From assembly GCA_018971265.1 (NCBI GenBank), contig JAGXBE010000002.1, positions 1 to 39,161 on the forward strand: a DNA stretch of 39,161 bases, in the 5' to 3' direction. Below, piece after piece: positions 20,930 through 26,786 of the stretch. The stretch comes from Patescibacteria group bacterium (GTDB taxonomy: Bacteria; Patescibacteriota; Minisyncoccia; Phycocordibacterales; Phycocordibacteraceae). The notes beneath the pieces were generated by a model. It saw nothing but the letters and a program-made list of their open reading frames with translations. It searched no databases and was not told where the DNA came from. The stretch's first letter is position 1; every line of letters starts with the position of its first letter. Position numbers and translations under genes: made by a program.

Positions 20930-23164
20930 CTACTTCGCTACAGCGACGGCTTCGTCAAATTTTACTGACAGCAACTTTGACACGCCGTCACCACCCATAG
21001 TAACGCCATAGAGAATGCCTGCACGGCCCATGGTCTCGCGATTGTGGGTAATGACGATAAGCTGAGACTTTTGCGAGAGATTCTCGATCATGTCGCCGTA
21101 ACGACGACTGTTCGCCTCATCGAGTGCCGCATCGGTTTCGTCCAATATCAAAAATGGCGGCGGATTCACTTGGCTCATCGCAAAAATGAGCGCGATGCTC
21201 GTGAGCGCGCGCTCGCCGCCGGAGAGCTGCATGAGCGAGCGCACTTTCTTCTTCGGCAGACTGACGGCTATCTCGATGCCGGCGCGTTGCTTCTCTTCCT
21301 CCGGCTCAGCGCCCCGCTCTTCGCCACCTTCGATTTCATCGTCGAGCCCGGCAATATCTTCCGGCTCTTCAAGGGACAAGCGCGCGCTTCCCCCGCCGAA
21401 CATGAGCGCGAAATATTCGCCAAACGACGCATTGACCTTGGTGAGACCGAGAGCAAAATGTTTTGCGAGTTCCGTTTCAAGATCATTGATGAGCGCTCGT
21501 AGACCCGCTGCAGACTTGGCGAGATCGTCGAGTTCGCTCGCAAGAAACTCCTCGCGCGAAGCGACCTCCTTATGTTCTTGACGGATGTCTTCGCCCGTAC
21601 CGCCCGCTTCCTCAAGACGTATCTTCGTACGTTCCAGAGAACGCTTGCGTTCTTCCTGTGTGCGTCGCTCTTCCGCAGGCGCTGCAGAAAGCGGCTCGTA
21701 TGAAAGGGCCGCCGCACCGGCGAGTGCGAGCACCTCCGTTTTGTCGCGCTCGAGCTCCTCTGTAAAAAGACCGAGCTCATGGATGCGCGCATCGCTCTTC
21801 GCTATGACATTCTCTTCGTGCGCTTTCTCGTGCGCAAGTTCGAGAATGCGGCGGTGGAGTTCCTTGCCGGTTTCGTCATGCGCGGTCAAATCCTCGCGCG
21901 AGCGAGCGAGCGCGGATTTCGCCTTTTCCAGCTCCCCGCCAAGCGTAATGTCCTTGTCGACGAGTTCCTTTCGTTCGTTTTCAAGCGCATACGCGGCGCG
22001 CTCTTCTTCCGCAAGCAGATCATCGGTAGGCGCGATGAAGCGGTCGACGAATGTTCGGACTGCGGCGCGCAAGGCGCCGAGGGCGGCAAGAGCGGCATCA
22101 AGCGTGCCCGTTTGTTCCGCTTGTCTTTCCGTTTCTTCCGCAAGCGCGGTGAGGGCCTCGCGCGGCACTTTTGCATACGGGTCGTTTACCACCTTTGCGC
22201 TCCGCTGTTTCGCGGCGGCGAGCATGCCTTCGACCCGTCCGATTTCGCGCGAGAGAGCGCTGCGTTCGCTCGAAAGACGTTCTGCAGACGTTTCGTGTTT
22301 GCGCACCGTTTCAAGACGTTTCGTACCTTCCGCATCGCTCGTCGCTCGTTCTTCAATGGAGGAAAGTTCGGCGGTGAGGGCGGCAAAACGTTCTGTCGCG
22401 TCCTGTTTTTCCCGGGCAACGTTACGCTGCTCTTGCGCCAGATATGCATCTTCGATTGCGAAATAGGTCTGTGCGGCGGCAATGAGGTCTTCCCGAAGCG
22501 CATCGGCACGCTCAAGCTTCTTCACCTGGCCTTCGAGAAAACGCAGGTGCGGCGCCAACTCCCTTCGGAGCGAGTTGACTTGCGCTATGTTTTCTTCGGT
22601 TTTCTCAAGTTTTTTCTGCGCTTCTTGCTTCTTGAATTCATAGACTTTCAGTCCGAGCGCGTCCTCGAGCATGGCGCGGCGATCGCGCGGAGACGCAAGC
22701 AGTATCCGATCCGCCTCTCCTTGGGAGATAATGTGGTGGCTCGTTTCACCGATGTTCGCACTTGCCAGAAGTTCCTCGATGTCGCGGAGCCGAACGCGCG
22801 AACCGTTAATGGAGTATTCGCTTGATCCGTCGCGAAAAACGACGCGCTCAATTACGACTTCGTCGAAGTCTATCTTGAATGAACGCTGAGAATTATCAAA
22901 AACGACCACGACTGCGGCGCGATTCGAGCGCGGTATCGAGTGCGAACCGCCCCAAATGAGGTCCTCGGAGCGCTTGCCTCGCATGCTTTTCATGGATTGC
23001 TCGCCGAGCGCAAAGCGGAACGCTTCCGCGACATTGCTCTTCCCCGAGCCGTTCGGCCCGACGATTGCGGTAGTCGTACTCAAAAAGTCCAAGACTGTTT
23101 TCTTGGCAAATGATTTGAACCCGACGATCTCAAGCCGCTTCAGCATTGCCTGGTATTGTAACAA
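20930..23164 (-). CDS. smc: SMC-family ATPase, unusually short (~740 aa) and apparently hinge-less
   Basis: The N-terminal head reads LEIVGFKSFAKK...GPNGSGKSN (Walker A) with Q-loop ALGEQS. The C-terminal head has LSGGERALTSIAL (signature), FLILDETDAALD (Walker B) and VITHN (H-loop). The middle is an uninterrupted E/A/R/L-rich coiled coil. ATG 23146 (MLKRLEI) is an alternative start. Confidence 0.85.
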   Translation of the reverse strand: MLQYQAMLKRLEIVGFKSFAKKTVLDFLSTTTAIVGPNGSGKSNVAEAFRFALGEQSMKSMRGKRSEDLIWGGSHSIPRSNRAAVVVVFDNSQRSFKIDFDEVVIERVVFRDGSSEYSINGSRVRLRDIEELLASANIGETSHHIISQGEADRILLASPRDRRAMLEDALGLKVYEFKKQEAQKKLEKTEENIAQVNSLRRELAPHLRFLEGQVKKLERADALREDLIAAAQTYFAIEDAYLAQEQRNVAREKQDATERFAALTAELSSIEERATSDAEGTKRLETVRKHETSAERLSSERSALSREIGRVEGMLAAAKQRSAKVVNDPYAKVPREALTALAEETERQAEQTGTLDAALAALGALRAAVRTFVDRFIAPTDDLLAEEERAAYALENERKELVDKDITLGGELEKAKSALARSREDLTAHDETGKELHRRILELAHEKAHEENVIAKSDARIHELGLFTEELERDKTEVLALAGAAALSYEPLSAAPAEERRTQEERKRSLERTKIRLEEAGGTGEDIRQEHKEVASREEFLASELDDLAKSAAGLRALINDLETELAKHFALGLTKVNASFGEYFALMFGGGSARLSLEEPEDIAGLDDEIEGGEERGAEPEEEKQRAGIEIAVSLPKKKVRSLMQLSGGERALTSIALIFAMSQVNPPPFLILDETDAALDEANSRRYGDMIENLSQKSQLIVITHNRETMGRAGILYGVTMGGDGVSKLLSVKFDEAVAVAK

Positions 23165-23176
23165 ACAGAAGGGACG

Positions 23177-23875
23177 TCAGGACCACTTCATCGCGGCAAG
23201 CCCCGCCTCCGCGGCAATTTGTTCCGCCTCCTGTTTGCTCTGCCCTTCCCCGCGCGCTATTTCCTCTTCGCCGAGGAAAACGCCGATGGTGAAAAGCTTC
23301 GCGTGATCGGGACCCTCTTGCGAGAGCGTTTCGTAAAAAGGGGTGACCCCCCGCTTCTCCTGCGCGAGTTCCTGGAACCGACTTTTCGCGTCCTGGTAGG
23401 AACGCTTGGCTATTACCTCATCTATCTTTCCATAGAGAGATTTGGCGATGAATGCCTCCGCGGCCCCGTACCCCTGGTCCAAATATACTGCGCCGATAAT
23501 TGCTTCGAAAGTGTCCGCGAGGATAACGTCGCGCGCGCGGCCGGTGTCTTTCGCTTCTCCCTTTGATAGCAGAAGGAAGTCATTGAAGCCGAGCTTTCGC
23601 GCGCTCTCTGCAAGCGAAACGGTATTTACGAGAGCCGCGCGATAGCTTGTGAGTTCGCCTTCGGACTTTGCGGGAAACTTCTTAAAAAGAAAGTCGGTGG
23701 CGGCAAGTTCGAGTACCGCATCGCCGAGGAATTCGAGCCGCTCATTATGACCTCCCGCGTATTCGCGGTGTTCATTGAGATACGAGCGATGCGTTAAGGC
23801 TTCAATGAGGAGTCTTGGGTTGTTGAAGGTAAGGCCAAGCGTTGAGGCGAGCGGCTCGAAATCAGGCATGGGCAT
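23177..23875 (-). CDS. rnc: Ribonuclease III
   Basis: It has EALTHRSY, the signature NERLEFLGDAVLE, and a C-terminal dsRBD (KSRFQELAQ...GEGQSKQEAEQIAA). I place the start at ATG 23875, which overlaps the nusB-Nudix stop by 14 nt. The listed TTG 23983 would overlap by 122 nt. Confidence 0.9.
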   Translation of the reverse strand: MPMPDFEPLASTLGLTFNNPRLLIEALTHRSYLNEHREYAGGHNERLEFLGDAVLELAATDFLFKKFPAKSEGELTSYRAALVNTVSLAESARKLGFNDFLLLSKGEAKDTGRARDVILADTFEAIIGAVYLDQGYGAAEAFIAKSLYGKIDEVIAKRSYQDAKSRFQELAQEKRGVTPFYETLSQEGPDHAKLFTIGVFLGEEEIARGEGQSKQEAEQIAAEAGLAAMKWS

Positions 23876-24761
23876 GGGCAAGATCAAGGAGAATCTGGAC
23901 GGCCTGTGTGACGATGGGGAGCATATCATCATAAAAATTGAGGTCAATGATGTCCTGGAGACGGAACCATTTGGCGTCGTCAAGCCCGCCGCTTTTCTTG
24001 AGCGTCAGCGGTTCGAAATCGCTTGCGGCAAGGAAAAACCAAACGTGTTTGCGCACCCTTCCTTTTTCCGGATGCGAAGCAACGTACTCATTTTCTCCGA
24101 CCTGGTTCTTCACGGTCGCCGAAAGGCCGAGTTCTTCTCTGATGATGCGCGCTACTCCCTGCTGAGGCGTTACATCGTTTTCTATATGACCCTTTGAAAG
24201 GGTCCATCTGCCAAAAACATCGTGCACGAGAGCCAGATAGTATTGGCCTTCGTGTTTGGCATAAACGATTGCCCCCGCGAGCTTTTCGAGCGGAAGTTCT
24301 TCGCGCTTTGTCTTTTTTATTCCTTGCTCGTCCTTGCCGGGCTCGCCGAGTTCTTTATAGACAGCGCCGAGGACGCCGTTTACGAATCGACTGGAGGAGT
24401 CGCCGCCGAAGGTCTTCGCAAGTTCGATCGCTTCATTAAGGGCGACCTTTGCAGGGACCTGCGCGCGGTCGGAAAAGAGGAGCTCGAAAAGCCCGAGGCG
24501 GAGAATGTTCCGGTCGACTGGCGCAATGCGCTCAAGCGGCCACTCGGGAGCCGCTTTTTCGATGACGAGATCGATGTCATCTTTTTTCGCGAGAACGCCG
24601 GAGAGAAGCTGGTCCATAAACGGCTGATCGACATCATCGCCGCCGAATTCAAGAACGTTGCGCGCGAGAATGGCCGCCGCGTCCGCGGCAGTTGCATGGG
24701 TCGTGTCCCATTCGAAAAGCGTCTGGAGAACAACGGAACGTGCTAGATGTCGATTCGCCAT
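23862..24761 (-). CDS. nusB: NusB antitermination domain fused to a C-terminal Nudix-hydrolase-like domain
   Basis: The N-terminal ~140 aa are NusB-like (RSVVLQTLFEWD..., DRNILRLGLFELLF, NEAIELAKTFGGDSSSRFVNGVLGAV). The C-terminal ~135 aa carry a 23-aa Nudix-box-like segment, GHIENDVTPQQGVARIIREELGL (24123-24191). I place the start at ATG 24761. Confidence 0.8.
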   Translation of the reverse strand: MANRHLARSVVLQTLFEWDTTHATAADAAAILARNVLEFGGDDVDQPFMDQLLSGVLAKKDDIDLVIEKAAPEWPLERIAPVDRNILRLGLFELLFSDRAQVPAKVALNEAIELAKTFGGDSSSRFVNGVLGAVYKELGEPGKDEQGIKKTKREELPLEKLAGAIVYAKHEGQYYLALVHDVFGRWTLSKGHIENDVTPQQGVARIIREELGLSATVKNQVGENEYVASHPEKGRVRKHVWFFLAASDFEPLTLKKSGGLDDAKWFRLQDIIDLNFYDDMLPIVTQAVQILLDLAHAHA

Positions 24762-24779
24762 GAAAAGATCTGTGCGTGC

Positions 24780-24788
24780 AGTATAGCA
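24780..24788 (-). promoter_or_regulatory. Extended -10 box TGcTATACT, 18 nt upstream of the nusB ATG
   Basis: The minus strand reads tgctatact (24788-24780), directly after the 24792-24819 palindrome. Confidence 0.35.
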
Positions 24789-24791
24789 AAT

Positions 24792-24819
24792 CCCGCGGTT
24801 GCGCAAGCGCAACCGCGGG
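24792..24819 (-). terminator. 13-bp-arm perfect palindrome (terminator-like) after rpmF
   Basis: cccgcggttgcgc (24792-24804), aa, gcgcaaccgcggg (24807-24819). On the minus strand it is followed by AUUUGCUAUA. It begins 26 nt downstream of the rpmF stop. Confidence 0.4.
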
Positions 24820-24844
24820 GGATTATCCAACAAGTGCGGATATA

Positions 24845-25204
24845 TTAGGCGCCGCCACCGAAACCGCTGCGCGCTTTTGGACGGCCGCCCGTAGCGATTT
24901 TGCCGAAGATACCTTTCGAACTTTTCATTTCAGCGTTCGAATGTTCCTCGTGCGCATGCTCGTGTTCGTGCGCCGGCTTTGCCGAGGGCGCCGTGGAAGG
25001 GCCTTTTACCTTCGACCCATGCGCCTGTTTCTTTTTCGGCGAGAAAATCTGCTTGCCCCGATACATGCCCGTCGTTTCGTCGAGACGGTGCGGGAGGCGA
25101 AGAGCGCCGCTTTCAGCGTCCTTTACGATCTTCATTTCCGAAAGTGCGTGGTGCGACCGGCGGTTGCCGGAATGACCTTTCGTATGGCGCATGCGGATTG
25201 ACAT
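24845..25204 (-). CDS. rpmF: 50S ribosomal protein bL32 (Cys-less type) with a ~65-aa C-terminal extension
   Basis: [21 protein letters not shown]... is a bL32 N-terminus. The conserved core ends near residue 55. A Lys/Pro/His-rich tail follows, including [10 protein letters not shown]. The upstream part of listed ORF 24845-25498 is Arg-rich noise that spans a terminator. Confidence 0.8.
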   Translation of the reverse strand: MSIRMRHTKGHSGNRRSHHALSEMKIVKDAESGALRLPHRLDETTGMYRGKQIFSPKKKQAHGSKVKGPSTAPSAKPAHEHEHAHEEHSNAEMKSSKGIFGKIATGGRPKARSGFGGGA

Positions 25205-25211
25205 AGCGCAC

Positions 25212-25220
25212 ACCCTATCA
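25212..25220 (-). promoter_or_regulatory. Extended -10 box TGaTAGGGT, 7 nt upstream of the rpmF ATG (leaderless candidate)
   Basis: The minus strand reads tgatagggt (25220-25212), then gtgcgct, then ATG 25204. Confidence 0.35.
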
Positions 25221-25228
25221 CGACATCC

Positions 25229-25265
25229 GTAAAAAGCAAAACGCCGCTCATGGGAGACGGCGTTT
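25229..25265 (-). terminator. Rho-independent terminator after the small Cys ORF
   Basis: An 8-bp stem (aaacgccg 25239-25246 pairing with cggcgttt 25258-25265) has an 11-nt loop. On the minus strand it is followed by UGCUUUUUAC. Confidence 0.5.
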
Positions 25266-25301
25266 GTGCGGAGAGGTGGTAAAGAGTATCGGCGCGTTGT
25301 T

Positions 25302-25574
25302 TCAGTCCTCCTGGCCAGGGGTAGGGCGAGTAGTGACTTCCAGATAGTTGAGGATTTCTTCCTCGAGCGTCTTCGGTGAACTCTCCTTGAGCTTATATGC
25401 GGAGCAATATCCGCGTTTCGGCGCATCGGGACTCGGGCACGATTCCTGTCCTTTGCACCGACAGAAGCCGCACAGCGAGTGCTTATCGGAATCTCCACTG
25501 CGGGACACTATTTCCAGAACGTATCCCGGATCCTGCATCCTGTTAGCCCAACCTTTTTCATCTTGTAGCATCAC
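25302..25574 (-). CDS. Hypothetical small Cys-rich protein (90 aa)
   Basis: A strong SD precedes the start (aaggagaagtgATG). It contains [23 protein letters not shown]. It sits directly upstream of rpmF, where YceD/DUF177 is commonly found. Confidence 0.45.
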   Translation of the reverse strand: MMLQDEKGWANRMQDPGYVLEIVSRSGDSDKHSLCGFCRCKGQESCPSPDAPKRGYCSAYKLKESSPKTLEEEILNYLEVTTRPTPGQED

Positions 25575-25654
25575 TTCTCCTTTTTTCTAAAAGATCATCT
25601 TTTATGCGCGCCCTATATCAACCGTAAAGGATGATATAAGGGGCAATCGTATTC

Positions 25655-26248
25655 CTATTTTGTCAAAAAATCAAGGTGTAGAAAGGAGCGGCGGTGAATT
25701 GTGCATGGTCCGTGTTTGCGAAGCGCTTCATAGTGCGCTTCCGTGCCGTAGCCCTTATGCCGTTCGAAACCATATTCCGGATACGGTACGGACAGCTTTT
25801 TCATAAGCCGATCGCGCGTTACTTTTGCCGCAATGGAGGCGAGCGAGATGAGTGGGACATTCGCGTCTCCGCCAATGATGGTCTGTTGCACATAGTCCGT
25901 CGGCGCGCGAAGCGCTCCATCGAGAAGCACTCTTGCGAGCGCCGCGTCCGGGGCAAGCGAGCGAGCGCCACGAGCAATCGCCCTTCTGAGCGCAACCGCG
26001 ATACCCTCTTTGTCAATCGTTTCGGCGTCTTCAAACTCGACAAGAAAACGAATGTCGCCACGGGCGGCCCCCATCTCGAGCAAAGTGAAAATCTTTTCGC
26101 GCTTCATCGGCGAAAGTTTTTTCGAGTCTGCGACACCCGGGAACTCCTTCGCCACATCATATCCTTCCGGGACGGCAACCAGACCGACGGCTACCGGCCC
26201 CGCAAGGGGGCCTCTCCCCGCCTCATCAACCCCAAGCATGACCCGCAT
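25655..26248 (-). CDS. rnhB: Ribonuclease HII
   Basis: MLGVDEAGRGPLAGPV is the catalytic N-terminus, with DSKKLS and GYGT...H motifs. It is 197 aa. Confidence 0.92.
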   Translation of the reverse strand: MRVMLGVDEAGRGPLAGPVAVGLVAVPEGYDVAKEFPGVADSKKLSPMKREKIFTLLEMGAARGDIRFLVEFEDAETIDKEGIAVALRRAIARGARSLAPDAALARVLLDGALRAPTDYVQQTIIGGDANVPLISLASIAAKVTRDRLMKKLSVPYPEYGFERHKGYGTEAHYEALRKHGPCTIHRRSFLHLDFLTK

Positions 26249-26254
26249 GTGTCT

Positions 26255-26263
26255 AGTGTATCA
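26255..26263 (-). promoter_or_regulatory. Extended -10 box TGaTACACT, 6 nt upstream of the rnhB ATG (leaderless candidate)
   Basis: The minus strand reads tgatacact (26263-26255), then agacac, then ATG 26248. Confidence 0.35.
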
Positions 26264-26297
26264 AAATAATCACCGCCGGGTCCTTTGGACCCGGCGG
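26263..26297 (-). terminator. Rho-independent terminator after the 125-aa membrane ORF
   Basis: An 11-bp GC-rich stem (ccgccgggtcc 26273-26283 pairing with ggacccggcgg 26287-26297) has a 3-nt loop. On the minus strand it is followed by UGAUUAUUUUG. Confidence 0.5.
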
Positions 26298-26320
26298 ATG
26301 AAGTCATTGCGCCGGAGACA

Positions 26321-26698
26321 TTACCGGCGAAACCTGAACGGAGAGTAGCCCCAATCGTCCAGAACATCGAAAATCTCCGGACATCCGGGATCATCCGGTT
26401 TTCCGCCGCCGGCGTAGAACTTCTCACGTCGCCGTACGAGCTCGACACCTGCTTCTTGCGCCCTGAAGTCGAGGTCGTGTGTAAGCAGATACTCTCGTGC
26501 CAGCCGACAGCGCCAACGCACGTAGTATCTCCTCGGTACTGACCAGAAAAATTCGATTATTCCGTAACACGTGACCACGGCTTCGGAAAGCAGATTCCGC
26601 CTCAGCCGCGGATCGGTGATTATCCTGATGATGGACGTGAAAACGAACACGAATACAACCCATGCCGCTACGACGAGTGCCACCTTTACGATTTCCAT
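26321..26698 (-). CDS. Hypothetical membrane protein (125 aa, one N-terminal TM helix)
   Basis: SD is aggagaggaacATG. The TM helix reads VKVALVVAAWVVFVFVFTSII. I recognise no other motif. GC looks lower than in neighbouring genes. Confidence 0.5.
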   Translation of the reverse strand: MEIVKVALVVAAWVVFVFVFTSIIRIITDPRLRRNLLSEAVVTCYGIIEFFWSVPRRYYVRWRCRLAREYLLTHDLDFRAQEAGVELVRRREKFYAGGGKPDDPGCPEIFDVLDDWGYSPFRFRR

Positions 26699-26769
26699 GT
26701 TCCTCTCCTGGAAAGTTGGTCCGGTTCAAGAGTATACCGGGACGGTAAAAAAGCAAGACGGTTTCTTAT

Positions 26770-26778
26770 TGATATACT
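26770..26778 (+). promoter_or_regulatory. Extended -10 box TGaTATACT, 8 nt upstream of the dnaE ATG (leaderless candidate)
   Basis: tgatatact lies at 26770-26778, then tccgatac, then ATG 26787. No SD is present. Confidence 0.35.
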
Positions 26779-26786
26779 TCCGATAC

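Noticed and set aside
21585-22825. Two overlapping plus-strand ORFs (293 and 348 aa) across smc
   Set aside because: They are antisense to the smc coiled-coil region. The Ser/Arg/Ala-rich translations mirror the Glu/Ala/Leu-rich sense frame. I recognise no motifs.
25205-25498. Upstream 98 codons of the listed 217-aa ORF containing rpmF
   Set aside because: The bL32 homology starts at [11 protein letters not shown] (ATG 25204). The upstream part is Arg-rich, overlaps the SD-bearing small ORF in another frame, and spans a terminator hairpin.
26571-26786. N-terminal 72-aa extension of the dnaE ORF
   Set aside because: It would overlap the divergent 26321-26698 gene and its SD. The PHP domain begins right at MASRFVHLHTHSHYS (ATG 26787), which is preceded by an extended -10 box.
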